This document shows, piece after piece, positions 24,271 through 37,179 of a stretch of DNA of 64,000 nucleotides. The stretch covers positions 1,793,583-1,857,582 of the forward strand of contig ML992501.1 of the NCBI GenBank assembly GCA_010093995.1, read 5' to 3'. The notes beneath the pieces are model-generated. The model ran no database searches. It had not been told where the DNA came from and worked only from the letters and a program-made list of their open reading frames with translations. A program made the position numbers and the translations under genes. Position 1 is the stretch's first letter, and the number at the start of each line of letters is the position of its first letter. The DNA comes from Elsinoe ampelina (Eukaryota).

Positions 24271-25026
24271 GAAATGAGGAGAGTGTCAGGATTGAAAATG
24301 AAATTGGTTGGACGGTGCAGCTTTTAAGTCTGGATTTGGGAGCGAATCGATCTTCTGCGTTGTCAAGCTTTGTGCTCGAGAAAGGGTGGCGACGATAATG
24401 CGAAAGCGGGGGAGATAAGACCGTGTCCTTCAGAGTGTGGTTGCACAGCTCGATGGTTGGACGATGGTCGATGGATGATGCAAGAACTGTCCGAGAAGGC
24501 AAAAAGGGAATGTATTACACAGTCCGAAGAAGTTTTGGTCAATCATCGTTTCTGCTGAATATGGGAACACAATGCGTTGTCTGTGGGGCTGTGTGTGACC
24601 CTTGATGCGGACATGCGAACCTCTGATAGGAGCCAGCAGAGACTATCATCTTGAATAGGGGCTTGTGTAATATTGGGAGAGTCTCGAGAGGTTGCTGAAT
24701 GCTTGATACCGTGGCAATAATTCAGCCGCGAGCGATAGACTACTCCTCAGCAGCGCTCGATGCTTGCCGTTCTTTCGGGTGACGGCACGACCTGCATTAT
24801 GCTGACCGCATACAAGCCGGCGGCCGATCGATGCGAGGTGGCAGGAGAGGATGAAAATGTTCAGGACGCTTTGTGATACAGTGTAAAGAGATTCTTCATT
24901 CATTTCCGAACGCCATGGCCCATGGTATCATATCCTTATTCCGTGTCGAAGGTACCGTGATCAGTGTCATGACATTCGTCTCATCCAAAGAAAATGGGGA
25001 CTCAAGTTGCAGGTGTCCAGACTTGC

Positions 25027-27735
25027 TCAGAAGCGCCATTTCGGCTTATCAGCTTCTTTGTCCTCCATGCTGCTGCTACCCATGGCACTTGCAGCCCGCG
25101 TGCCCATCCTGCTTTCTCTTCTATTAGCGCTCCATTGGGGTGCAAGCAAACTGCTAGTCCTTCTGCCAGGTGTTGTGGTAGCGAGGGAACTTCGTCTACC
25201 ACTGACGCCAGTGGCTGCAGTGCTTGTCCTTGTGGCACTCGTGCCATTCGTAGCTGTGGAGAGAGAGCTTGGTGGACGCGATAGTGGAAGCCTTGAAACC
25301 ATCCTTGGCAGACCAGACGGCGTTGCCGTTGGGGTAGAGTCCTCGTCATCCTGCACTGTAGCTAGTGTCGATGCTGTGCTGAACTTTCTCGTCGTGAGTG
25401 GTGTGCTCGGTGGCTGCAGTCTACCACCGCTTTCTCGCCTCTTGGCGGAGCTTGGTCCACCAAGCACTGCGTTACTGGAGACAGATCTGTGCTCAAGAGC
25501 AGAATGCGCTCGAGGCGGAAGCTTTGACGAGCTTAGACCTCGCGAGGACGATGGCGTGGCAGGTGCAGGCGACATTGTCCGACCTAGTTCTGGTATCTGC
25601 GAAACACGTGATGGAGTGTACTTCCTAGGGGTTGCGACGGTCTTCCGGTAAGGCGAAGGCTCGGTTGCCGAAAGTGGTAGAAAGTCGCGAGCGGGCGTAC
25701 CACTCGAGCCAGCATTCCAACGAGGCTTGTTGATCGGCTCCTTGAACTCACGGAAAAGGTCGGCCTTCTTGCCAATGTAGGGCTCGGCGACACGAGGAAA
25801 GGGTGAGGTCACGGAGCGATGTGCGTCGCTGAGTCGAGAATGAGGTCGTGCTGTGGGTGTAGAAGGAGTCAAGTTTACAGGGCGACGGGTCTTTGGCAAA
25901 GCACTTGATGAGCGTCCAGTGGGTGTAGAGAGGCCGGTCGCGCTACTATTCCGGCTCCTAATCATGACAGAGGATGCTGGAGAGCTGCGAGGGGAGTCAA
26001 GGATGCTACTCGCTCTTGATCGCTCCGACGACAGAATGGTCGAGATAGAATCGCGAAGTTGCTGACCTTGTGCGTCCGGCATGACCATGAGCTCATCGAG
26101 GTCCTTGATATCCGCTTGGAGATCCTTGTATCGCCGCTTCATATCGGACTGCAAACGAAGTATCTCGCCATTCACAGACAATCGATCCATGACTCCTCTA
26201 TCGATCAGGCTGAGGACACGATCAATGGCTGGGACGTAGTGCGTCTTCTTGGCCTCGAAGCTTTCAGCCATTCGAGCGAAAGCATGCGCATCATTTTGGT
26301 ATGAGCCGTTCGCAACATTCTGGTTCAGCTTGAATACACTTCGCTCAACAGACTCAAACATCTTCAGTGCTTGTCGCCCAGCGTTGCGAAACACCACCAA
26401 CCATCTGTCTTCACCAAGCTCTTTCCTCAGCGCCTCGGCGTCGGTCTCCAGCTTCCTCCACTGGTTCTCGAGTTGATCCCTTCTGGACTCGAGTTCTATG
26501 CATCCACTGGGAAAGAGCGCGTTCCCTCGGGTGTGAAATGCGGAGAGTCGCATCGGCAAGAAGTCCAGCGAGGCACGAAGTGGCTGCATGCGAGCGAAAA
26601 GAGCAAGCAGTTTCGAGTCGTCTTTGTTTGCCGTCGATGTGGGTAATTCGATTGGTGAGTTCGGCGAGAAAGGCGCTGGCAAGCTGACTTGAGACTTGAT
26701 GGGCGTGTTTTCTGCAGAAGGTCTTCGGTCCATTACATTCGCAAGATCATCCAGGTCAACACGACTTCTGCAATCGCCTCCAGGTACAGCTTGCGCTGAC
26801 TGATGCCGCTTCTCTTCCATCTCAAAAATCAAGTCGCTCAAAGATCCCAGCTCTTGTGCGATCTCACCGAGGACACTGTTCCACATCTCTTCCCATTCCA
26901 GAGCGATTTCGACTTGATCCTTGACAGCTTTCAGCGACTGCTTGATCTTCTGCCACTCTTTGATGACGCCCTCCATCTGCTCGACATGTCCTTGTAAAGT
27001 TTCGTCAGAGAGTGTCTTGACGTCGGAACGCATCTGCAACTCCTCGATAGAGATGACGTAGACTTTGACGAGACCTTCGAACCTCGATATTGCCTGATCG
27101 ACTTCTTCCAGCCCTTCTGCGCCGCCTGCGGCTGACCACTCGACATCATCTTGTGCGTCCAGATCTTGCAGAACATCCGAGGCCTTCTTGGTCCATAATC
27201 TGATTTGATCGCCGGCTTCAGACAGGGTCCTCGCCGCCAGATGAGCAGTAGTCTGTGATGATATCCTCGCCTGCAAGCTCGATGCGGTCGGAAGTGGTAT
27301 GGATGTCAGCTGTGCCAGACGGCTGGTGAATGAAACACGGGACAATGAATATATGGAGCCTGCTCTTGAATTAACGGAAGTGCTCAAGTCCGTGTCGCTT
27401 AAGCGGTAGGTCGGGTTACGTTGTGGCGAAGAGGGAGTTGGAGATGTGACAGTGTGCGATGTCCGGAGATCTGTTCGAGGCGCTTGAGGAGAGTATGGAC
27501 CCGACGATGCACCTCCTTTGCTGTGTAGCTTGGATTTGACGGATTCTAAGAAGTTCCGCCGACGACGATCCAGAGCTGGCGCAGATGGTGACTCGCTGTC
27601 GTCCGTGTCGGAGTACACAGTGGTCGATATGTCGGCTACAGACGACACATCCGCATCAGACTCGGGTCGTTGAGGGTAATACGGTACATGGATGCGTGTG
27701 TCCAAAGCCGATTGCGCATAGGAAGGGGCTGCCAT
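25027..27735 (-). CDS. KAR9: Kar9/MigA microtubule guidance protein
   Basis: Coiled-coil core LLALFARMQPLRASLDFLPMRL...LRKELGEDRWLVVFRNAGRQA, and an S/T/P/R-rich tail with SxIP-like motifs (SQIP, SRLP, SGLP). Confidence 0.88.
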   Translation of the reverse strand: MAAPSYAQSALDTRIHVPYYPQRPESDADVSSVADISTTVYSDTDDSESPSAPALDRRRRNFLESVKSKLHSKGGASSGPYSPQAPRTDLRTSHTVTSPTPSSPQRNPTYRLSDTDLSTSVNSRAGSIYSLSRVSFTSRLAQLTSIPLPTASSLQARISSQTTAHLAARTLSEAGDQIRLWTKKASDVLQDLDAQDDVEWSAAGGAEGLEEVDQAISRFEGLVKVYVISIEELQMRSDVKTLSDETLQGHVEQMEGVIKEWQKIKQSLKAVKDQVEIALEWEEMWNSVLGEIAQELGSLSDLIFEMEEKRHQSAQAVPGGDCRSRVDLDDLANVMDRRPSAENTPIKSQVSLPAPFSPNSPIELPTSTANKDDSKLLALFARMQPLRASLDFLPMRLSAFHTRGNALFPSGCIELESRRDQLENQWRKLETDAEALRKELGEDRWLVVFRNAGRQALKMFESVERSVFKLNQNVANGSYQNDAHAFARMAESFEAKKTHYVPAIDRVLSLIDRGVMDRLSVNGEILRLQSDMKRRYKDLQADIKDLDELMVMPDAQGQQLRDSISTILSSERSRASSILDSPRSSPASSVMIRSRNSSATGLSTPTGRSSSALPKTRRPVNLTPSTPTARPHSRLSDAHRSVTSPFPRVAEPYIGKKADLFREFKEPINKPRWNAGSSGTPARDFLPLSATEPSPYRKTVATPRKYTPSRVSQIPELGRTMSPAPATPSSSRGLSSSKLPPRAHSALEHRSVSSNAVLGGPSSAKRRESGGRLQPPSTPLTTRKFSTASTLATVQDDEDSTPTATPSGLPRMVSRLPLSRPPSSLSTATNGTSATRTSTAATGVSGRRSSLATTTPGRRTSSLLAPQWSANRRESRMGTRAASAMGSSSMEDKEADKPKWRF

Positions 27736-28381
27736 TGGTGCTCACGGAGACTGCTGGCTCAATAAATAATGTCGGCTGTGCGCGACACGACAGCAGAGTG
27801 AGTGTTGAAGTCTATCTTGCCTGGCAGATGTGTTGATTAGGTATTTCTAGCAGGATATCGAGCGATCTGGCAGTCCGTTGCGCGAGCTCATGCTGAACGG
27901 CCCGGACGAGTGGGGTCTTGAGGTTGAGCTTTGGTATTTTATGCGGTATGTTTGCGATGGTCGGGCATTGGGAGCGACAATCCTGCTGCCACTGTCATGT
28001 GTTCGAGCGGTATGATGGGCAATCGGGGAGGCTGGACGATGTGAGGTGAATGAAACTTGATTGCCTGTCAGCTGCCTGATCGTGGGGGTTCATTTTCTGG
28101 GTCGACCCAAAACGCGAGATTGACCACGACTTGGCGCGTTCTGCATTTCTTTCTGCTCGATGATCTCACTCTGCAACAAGCGACAAATCCAGGGCAAAAA
28201 ATCCTTCGGGGTCTTTGTCATCCTTTTTGAGACAAGACTACTCCTACAGGATCAGTTGACTAGCGCGGCTCTATAATACACAGCATTCGATGGAATGCTT
28301 CAATCATGACAGCGTCCTCGTGCATCTCCATACGCCAAATCCGGAACTCCAAAGTATCCAGCTCATGCATCATCGCAAAGT

Positions 28382-29537
28382 TCAGATGACCTCCTCGCGC
28401 TCCCAGCCCGTCGGCTTGATGTGCTCGATCGACTTTGTCGGGTGTGGTTTGCTGTCATCCTTGTACTGACTGACAAACGGGTTCATGTCTTCCTTCTGGT
28501 TCAGGTTTCCCAGAGTGTGATTGACCTCGCGATGCTTGGCCTCATCTGCTCTGATGTAAAGCAGAAGATCCTTCATGCTACGCTTGCCTTCTGGCATCTT
28601 CCAGTAGGTGACGGCAATGTCTGGAGCTTCGAGATTCTCCCATTCTGGTAGTCGTCCAGCTTCGAGGTCGCGGATCTGTCGACTGTAGGTGTAGACGGCC
28701 TCTTCTTCGAGGTAGCCCACGAAGCGATGGCAGGTCTTTGGTGAGATCAGGTATGCCAAGAACATGGCGTTGAAGAAGACACCCTGAGCACCTAGGACCA
28801 TCAACCGCATGAGCGGACCTGGCTCAGCCATCTTGAGGAAGGTCAAGAGGTGCTGATAAGTGTTAGCATCCTTGCTAATGAGTGCGGAGATTGGAATTTA
28901 CCATTCGCTCGTTGTAGGATTCCTCAAGCAGGGTCTCGATCCAGCCATTGTCGCGCTTCATTCGCCTCATGCTGTGAAGATGGCGAAGCATTCCTGCGAC
29001 CATACCTGGAACACCAGCGACGCTTTCCAGGAAGATGTTTCTGATCATGTATTTGCGAGCAGTCATGCCGTATTTCTTCATGGCCAGTTCAGGATTCTTC
29101 TCCATGAGCTCTTGTGCGGGCTCGTGTCGATAGCCGCTGGCCAGATCCATGCCCCATCGAAGAGCGCGAACAGCTCCTAGGGCAGTCCAGTCAGACCAAG
29201 TCTTGGCTTCACGATGTGCGACCTTGATGCCCTCCATCTGCTCGTACGAGTACCTGATCGATTTTTAGATGAGTTTCTTTGGGGTTTGAATGAAGACAAA
29301 CATTGGATGTGGCCATGCTGGTTTCGTGGTCTTGATCTTCTCGGTCTCTTTTTGAGGGAAGAAGTCTTTCAGCCTGTTGGCCGGAGTGGTACTAAAGCTT
29401 CTTGATGCAGGAGTCCATGACTGGTGAACCAGGAGCAGTCCCGGTTGGACATTGAGAACTCCTTGTGAGCCACCAAGGGTGGCGGCTCGTCTGCAAACAA
29501 GGTTGGCGGTGTTTGTCAGGGGTCTTGACGATAACAT
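28382..29537 (-). CDS. AOX: Mitochondrial alternative oxidase
   Basis: [34 protein letters not shown] and [12 protein letters not shown] diiron motifs, an N-terminal presequence-like segment, and two introns. Confidence 0.97.
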
Positions 29538-29991
29538 CGATGGTAATTCGATAGACAGGTTGAGTGTTGAGTGTTGACTGTGTTGTGATGTATATCAAAG
29601 TGATGTGATAGTGCGAGGACTATAGTGATGCCGGATCTTCGTTCCTTCTTATATGGACCGTGAGCTATTAATGTCAGCCCTGCTTGCGGACGTACAGGCT
29701 TCGTTGTTCGTAGAGGTTGCAATTGGAGGTGTTTCCAACGGACAATTACCCGGACCTTATTCGTCCGGCTGGCCCAAGCCACCACGAACCATTTATGCTG
29801 ACACGAACCCATTTGAACGCGCGAAAAACGCACGAAGTGAGATGAAGATTCATCACGCTCAATGTAACATTGAAAGCTCATTACCATGATTGAGTAATTT
29901 TCAGCTCATGCGTACACCCTTCTAGCATTTGATTGTGGTGGTAGTATCGTGAACTACTGGTCCGTGTGCAGTATGCAGACTCGCGAAACGA

Positions 29992-30004
29992 CGGGACAGA
30001 TCGG
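29992..30004. promoter_or_regulatory. CGG-N7-CGG motif (AOD2/AOD5 / AcuK-AcuM type) upstream of alternative oxidase
   Basis: CGGGACAGATCGG about 455 bp upstream of the AOX start codon. Confidence 0.45.
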
Positions 30005-30260
30005 CATCAGCTGATCCCCGAAAATCAAAGGTTTCGGCCGAATTTGGCTGTGACCGATAATTCATCGGACAGTTCTATGATAACTACCACCATATCAGAT
30101 GACTGCGCAGAGTTTTGTACCAACACCTATTGCAGTCGAGGTTTTACAGGGAAATTTCAAATCTTCGACCTCCTTCTGACCATTACGGATACGGTGCATT
30201 CTGGCAGATGCAGCCTCTTATCCTCAGCCTCCAAGCACTGCTCGCCAGGCATTGACCTCT

Positions 30261-30690
30261 CTATCGTCTTTGGTCGAAACCCGACTCTCCATCTTTTGTA
30301 GCTATGTCTTTGACATCGACTTTGTCTACTTTCGCGGCGGATGGCCCCATGTTGAGGTGCTGCACGAATTTATTCAATGCCGAGTCACTGCCTTGGGCTT
30401 CTCCGATGACCTGAGAGCACTCTGGGTCAGCTTGTCTACCCTCGTAGGCTATCGAGATGCTTACCGTGCCATCGCTGGCATTCTTGACAAAGCCAGTCAC
30501 GCCAGCTTGTGAGGCATGTTTGACGGTGTATGATCTGCTGCGTTGAGCAAGCCATTCGAGAAGATATTATAACCAGAGTGCCCACCGAAAGTTCACGCCC
30601 TGGACGACTCCCTCGACTTGGTAGGCAATCTGTCGGACTGTAAGTTCGCGGCAGCTACTGGCGGATGCTTTGCCCTACTCTCTTGGACAT
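30261..30690 (-). CDS. Acylphosphatase
   Basis: Spliced MSKR|IAYQVEGVVQGVNFR|SYTVKHASQAGVTGFVKNASDGT|VIGEAQG...LNMGPSAAKV. Has the VQGVxFR and GxVxN signatures; three introns. Confidence 0.9.
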
Positions 30691-31281
30691 GATGCGGGTC
30701 GCGGGGCTCATGAATCTAGTGCTTTAATCGTATGCTTCAAATGTTCGACTCTATATCGTTCTGTCGTGGGGGCGACTTGGACAGTTTGGCCCTCGCAGCT
30801 GGACCTAGCTCTGACATCATGGGCAAGCAACGCGAAATTGGCGCGTTCACATCTGACAGATCACGCAAAGACTGATAGATACATTTTTTTAGAAGTTGCA
30901 ATGCTGTGTGAATATCCTGTTTAGTCCATGGATGGCATCGAATATCCTAAAAGACATAGCACCGAGAGACCGTAGAATTTCTGCTCACATGAAAGTGTGA
31001 TTCGTCCAAACGAAGCCGGCGCAGTGCACGGGGTCAGGGGGGGTGTTTATCTTGACAGTGTTGTCGCGTTTCCCCGGTCAAGGGAAATTGGCCAGCGAAG
31101 CATCTTTTTCAAGACAGCCTGCCGTCGACATTTCACAATCACCACGAGGCGACCTAGCCACGTCGGACCACCCACGCAGCTCAGCATGACACGATAGCGC
31201 TACAAAATCGTTTGTTGAGCGGAAAGACATCTGTCGTGCTCATCGAGCAGCCCTCATTACACCCGAGTCTGCCTCTGAATC

Positions 31282-32796
31282 ATGGCCGACACCACACCGC
31301 CCACCAGCACGCCTGGGTCACCGCCGCTCCGATCAGTGTCTCCTTCACCTAGCATCACGCCTTCGATGGCTCTTGGTGCTTGTCCGGACCTCGATCGCTG
31401 CGTTTCCGACCCATCCTCCATCTCTACTGCTTCTAGTAGGTCTGTCTCAGCAGCATCCGATGGCGGACTCGTCTCCAACCGCAGGAGGGGTTACATGCGG
31501 CCACAGGGTACAGCTTTCTCCAGCTCCGCAAAGAACAGAGATAGCGTCATGAGCTTGGGAAGCATAGCACACATGCAATACTATTTCGCGAGGACTGGTC
31601 TCTTGGACGGAAAAGGTGCTCAGCTTGCAAGGAAAGCCAAAGACAAAGCTGCAGCTCAGGATGGCGTCAGAATTGTCAGTGACGGAGGTCTGGCTGGAGA
31701 TGAGGACAAAGAGAATGACTATAATGGCGAGGACATGCTGAAGGAGGAGGCTTCAATGCTCCCACCCACCGTCAGCACCTATCGCGCCAAAATCATCGAG
31801 AGTCATCCACCACCGGACATCAACGTCCTCCGCCGTGAATTGCAGGACAGTCTGAGAAGAGCACGTGAAGCTCTTGAAGAGATACAGATCGCACCGGCGG
31901 CCCCCGAGATTCTCATCAACGGAGAAAATTCCCCTACCAGCAAACAGAGGCCCGACAGTCAGGGATGGCATGAGATACAGGGTCTTCACATCCTGGACAT
32001 CCTCACCCTTGCTATCCGATCTGCAAAGGACTACTACACGTTCCACAGTCAACCACAGGCATTATACGCTATCAGATCAGAGCGGGAAATACGATCGGAT
32101 CTCTACCAAGCTCTTGACATCTTGAAGCGTATGGCGAATCGCAACTTTCGTGGTGGGGTTCGACAAGTGGAGCGGGACGGCATACAGCGCTGGATAGAAG
32201 GTATCCATGTACTCTTACACAAAGAGCAGGAAGATGAGCGGCAGAGAGAGCGGCTCCGCAGTCAATGGGAGTGGTTACAAGGTGACTGGACTGGGCGAGA
32301 ACGTGAGAGAGAGTGGCATTTCTTGAGCTCCTTCTCTACCGATGCAGATCCCTTGCCATCATGGGAGGAAGCTTCAGGCCCTGGACCGACAGACTTTCTG
32401 AAAGCTCTCTCGAGTGGGATTCGTCTGGTCAACCTGCACAACGAACTCGTTCGTCAGTCTCACAGACGTTTCGGCGAGATCAAGTCTTTCTACCACGACT
32501 TGGGTAAGCCTTACAGATGCGCGGACAACCTCAGATACTGGATGAAAGCTGCGGAGCTAAGGTGGGAGGTAAAGCTCAAGCTCGAAGTGCTGGATGTGGT
32601 GTACGGCAGGGGTCAAGACACGTGGGAGCGGTTTGATTCAGCTGTGCTGAAGTGGTCGCAAGCTGTCAGAGAGGAGATCTCGGATGAATGGCTGGGAGGC
32701 AGCAAGTCACCTGAACCGGCCCAGGGAGATTTCTCGGATCGACAGACTATCGTATCCGAGTCGAGGGGCTTTGTTCCACCTGTAACACAAGGTTGA
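31282..32796 (+). CDS. Conserved fungal protein with probable C-terminal calponin-homology-like domain
   Basis: 504-aa single-exon ORF. Conserved-looking blocks SVMSLGSIAHMQYYFARTGLLDGKGAQL and FLKALSSGIRLVNLHN...YRCADNLRYW (CH-like). Confidence 0.75.
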   Translation: MADTTPPTSTPGSPPLRSVSPSPSITPSMALGACPDLDRCVSDPSSISTASSRSVSAASDGGLVSNRRRGYMRPQGTAFSSSAKNRDSVMSLGSIAHMQYYFARTGLLDGKGAQLARKAKDKAAAQDGVRIVSDGGLAGDEDKENDYNGEDMLKEEASMLPPTVSTYRAKIIESHPPPDINVLRRELQDSLRRAREALEEIQIAPAAPEILINGENSPTSKQRPDSQGWHEIQGLHILDILTLAIRSAKDYYTFHSQPQALYAIRSEREIRSDLYQALDILKRMANRNFRGGVRQVERDGIQRWIEGIHVLLHKEQEDERQRERLRSQWEWLQGDWTGREREREWHFLSSFSTDADPLPSWEEASGPGPTDFLKALSSGIRLVNLHNELVRQSHRRFGEIKSFYHDLGKPYRCADNLRYWMKAAELRWEVKLKLEVLDVVYGRGQDTWERFDSAVLKWSQAVREEISDEWLGGSKSPEPAQGDFSDRQTIVSESRGFVPPVTQG

Positions 32797-34341
32797 GGAG
32801 TTTCTGGCCGTCTCCGAGTCCCACATTGGTGGCGTTTCCAACATGCACTATCCGCGCTATGCCCGGCCCACATCACCTTTTTCTATGATACCCCAAATGT
32901 TTATTCACGGAGTGTTTCACAACATGCTGGATTAGCAGATAATAGATTGTCAATGTACAGCTTGACTTGGCACCTTGAGTGACTCTCATGGCGGCTACGG
33001 ACGGAATGGTCGAAGAGGCACAGCACTTGGCCCAAGCTCCCAATAGGGTCAAGCGTGAGTTGGCTGAGGGAACCCTTGACAGGATCACCCCCTCAACATC
33101 GGATGTGACGAGCGGAGGATTGATGGAGAACGCTACGTTCGTGGTTTGTGAGGACTGGTTCCCCGGATTGACGCCTCCTGCGCCCTTCCCCGCATCCCCA
33201 CCCCATATCACACAAAGCTTGAGGTCCACTTTTGCCGCACGGCGAACAGACCTCACTGGTTCATCGACGTCCAAGTCTTGTCAATTACGTAGCGCTGCAG
33301 ACACCTGACGACCGGCAAATATCGCTTCAGTCGATTGAGAAGCTTTGCTTTGGAGCCATTTGATGCGAACGTGTCAAGCAGCTTGCAACAGCTAGTTCCT
33401 GTAATTCCGAGCTAGAAGCCGCGTATTCAGCCACCAGAAACACGGATAAGCTGCAGCGAGGGGTACGGGACGTGGAAGCTCCCCAAGCCCTAAATGAGCC
33501 AGAGCTGATGCATGCCACATTGCGATCAAGGCACGGCTCATGCAAGGCTAACCACCATGCGGCCTACGACTCCTCCCCGATCACAACGTCTCCCACTCGG
33601 TCTGTCTGACCACCACGTTGGCGCCAGGAAGCGATAAACAATTGGTGTCCGATGCACAATGGTCCAAACTAAGCGGCATGGTCACTTCCCGTTGATATAC
33701 AGGCGATACAAATCTAAGCGATGATAGTCTGCTCGGTGGCACAGGCCTCGCAATTCAGGACCCACAGGCAGGGTTTCTCCGCACTAAGCCGTCTGACAAT
33801 CAATGTTCCTCCACATCTTGTCTCGATACAGTGAATTGGCATCCTTGCCAATGGTGCCCAGCTCTGATCCAACTCACTTTGGTCGGCCACTCTTGCTCGA
33901 TCAGACGATATGCAATCTGCTCACGAACGACATGACCAAGATGTCTAGGATGAACCAACGACTTGACTCGGGAAGAGTTTGGAGCAAGAGTACAGATGTG
34001 AGGGTAGCATGGGCATTGACAGCGAGATCTTGCCCTTATTCTCCCTGGGCCGTCCCAGCCGTCGATTTGATCCAAGCCCGATGGTCACGGAGTCTCTTTT
34101 GCATGATACGATTCGGTTTGAATGAACCCCAAGCTTGCCGTGGTATCCACCATTCCCTTCTGGTCATCTCCACCCCCCACTGCCTGAACACCATACCAGA
34201 CATGCGGGGCTTGGAATAGTCTCAGGTAGCTATAAGACCCCATCGCTCCTCTCAACCTCCTGTTTCCAACCAGGTTTGCTTGTCTCACCTGCCCACAATC
34301 TATAATCCAACTCGACATTGAATTTCATAGCATTCGACAAG

Positions 34342-36630
34342 ATGACTATCCCCGACGAGGTTGATATCATCGTGTGCGGAGGTGGCTCCTGCGGGTAAGT
34401 ACCCATCTCTAGGCTCCTGAGCGTTGCTTACCCCGTCCAGCTGCGTGGTGGCTGGTCGCCTGGCCAATCTGGACCACAACCTCCAGGTCTTGCTCATCGA
34501 GGCCGGTGAGAGCAATCTTAATGTAAGGAGATCAAGATATGACTGCAACTGATTGGCACTGCTGACACATACCAGGACCCATGGGTCTACCGTCCGGGTA
34601 TTTATCCCAGGAACATGCAATTGGACAGCAAGACTGCATCGTTCTACTACTCCCGCCCTTCCGAATTCTTGAGTGGTCGTCGTGCGGTCGTTCCATGCGC
34701 TCATATCTTGGGCGGCGGTTCGTCCATCAACTTTATGGTGAGCATGGTCCCCAGAATCGGTGACTCGACGTTCTCATAGATCATCTAGATGTACACCCGT
34801 GCTTCTGCTTCTGACTACGATGACTTCCTGGCCAAGGGCTGGACTACCAAGGAGCTCATCCCACTCATGAAGAAGCATGAGACCTACCAGCGTGCCTCGA
34901 ACAATCGTGACATCCATGGTTTCGAGGGCCCAATCAAGGTCTCGTTCGGCAACTACACATATCCGATCATGCAGGACTTCCTCCGTGCTGCAGAGTCACA
35001 GGATATTCCCGTCACCGACGATCTTCAGGATCTTGTCACTGGCCATGGTGCTGAGCACTGGCTGAAGTGGATCAACCGGTATGTCACAACCTCTTACTTA
35101 CATGGAACGTCTAACATGTGTCAGTGATACCGGTCGACGATCTGACTCAGCTCATGCCTACATCCACAGCACTCGCTCTCAATACACCAACCTGCACCTC
35201 GCCGTGAACACCAAGGTTGAGAAGGTGGTTCTCGAAGGCGACCGCGCTGTCGGTGTCAAGACCGTTCCCACCAAGCCTCTCCACCCCAACCAGCTCAAGA
35301 GTAAGACATACCGAGCTCGCAAGCAAATCATTGTTTCCGGCGGTACTCTCAGCTCACCGCTCATCCTCCAGCGCTCTGGTATTGGTGACCCAGCCAAGCT
35401 CCGCAAGGCCGGCGTCAAGCCTCTTGTCGACCTCCCCGGTGTCGGTCTCAACTTCCAGGACCACTACCTCACCTTCGCTCCATACCGGGCCAAACCACAC
35501 GTCGAGTCATTCGACGACTTCGTCAGAGGTGACCCAGAGGTGCAGAAGCGTGTCATTGATCAATGGAACATCAATGGTACTGGTCCTCTTGCCACCAATG
35601 GTATCGATGCAGGTGTCAAGGTTCGCCCAACCGAGGAGGAACTGAAGATGATGGACAGCTGGCCATGCAAGGAGTTCCGCTCTGGCTGGGACAGCTACTT
35701 CAAGAACAAGCCCGACAAGCCAGTCATGCACTACTCTGTCATCTCTGGATTCTATGGCGACCACACTCTTGTGCCGCCTGGCAAGTACTTCTCGATGTTC
35801 CACTTCTTGGAGTACCCCTTCTCTCGTGGCTCCACCCACATTACTTCACCAAACCCATACGATGCTCCAGACTTTGATGCCGGCTTCATGTGAGTAAGAA
35901 CATCATGTGCCTTGTTCAACTTACTGACTGTTCCCAGGAATGACAAGCGTGATATGGCGCCCATGGTGTGGGGTTACATCAAGTCTCGTGAGACTGCCCG
36001 CCGCATGGATGCCTACGCTGGCGAGCTCCAGAACTTCCACCCATTCTACGCCTATGACTCTCCAGCTCGTGCATGCGATATGGACCTCGCTACCGCCAAG
36101 GCATATGCTGGTCCCGACCACCTGTCCCGTGGTATTCAAGTTGGATCCTGGTCCAAGACGGTCGACGAGGCCAAGCCATCCGCCTCGACCTACCTCAACT
36201 CCAACAGGCAGGACATCCGCGATGACCTCAACTACTCCAACGACGACATCGAGGCCATCATGGAATGGGTCAGGCGACAGTAAGTTCACATCAGCCCATG
36301 TGATCGCATTCACTAATCCATTCCAGTGTTGAGACTACATGGCACTCACTCGGTACCTGCTCCATGGCACCAAAGCACGGCAACGCCGCCACTAAGCACG
36401 GTGTGCTCGACGAGCGTCTCAACGTCCACGGCGTCAAGGGCCTCAAGGTCGCCGATCTGTCCATCTGCCCCGATAATGTGGGCTGCAACACCTACTCCAC
36501 GGCCCTGCTCATCGGCGAGAAGGCCGCCGTCCTTACCGCTGAGGATCTTGGCTACTCTGGCTCCGCATTGGACATGAAGGTGCCCAACTACCATGCTCCG
36601 AGGGAGATTGGCGGCCTGTCCAGGCTGTAG
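34342..36630 (+). CDS. Alcohol (methanol) oxidase, GMC oxidoreductase AA3_3, peroxisomal
   Basis: MTIPDEVDIIVCGGGSCG, GGGSSINFM, VGLNFQDHY, ETTWHSLGTC and DNVGCNTYSTALLIGEK motifs. C-terminal SRL is a PTS1. About six short introns. Confidence 0.96.
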
Positions 36631-37179
36631 AGATGTGAAATGTACAATGTAGTTTAGGTAGTGGTCTGCTGTTTGAAATGCAACGCCCATTGACTTATCT
36701 CTTTTCCCCGACCATGACCGTACCACTTGTAAATGCAATTCAAGATTGTGCATAGATAATCCCAGACTTGTCAAGTCCAGCAAAAACGAACTCTCCCCAG
36801 GAAAATGAACTCACCTTCCCCCTTCTCCCCAGCGCGCATTGGCGCCCGCCCGCCCGCCTCCCTCCCCCAGAATTTCCACGAATGAAATCCCCCACACCCA
36901 TCCAATCTCGCCTCACAATCCCCCGACCCGAGTCTCCATTCTCCCGTATTACCGTGACTGCTCGCACCAGCGATCACCGCAGATCATGGCGAACGACCTG
37001 CGCCTTGCGGGGCGGACGAGCACGACCAGGCCGGAAAAGATGCAGGGTCGAACGCAATCTCCACACGCCTCACGCCGGTGGGTGAGATGGTTCGATAGGT
37101 GGCAGGTATAAGATCTCTCGAGCCGACATGTCGGTCACCTTTCGAGGTTGTGCCAGAGTTAGTACCTTTGACAACGGCC

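Noticed and set aside
32873..34300. Short ORFs and SYGGRG-like sites upstream of alcohol oxidase
   Set aside because: The ORFs lack motifs, and such hexamers are too frequent by chance to call.
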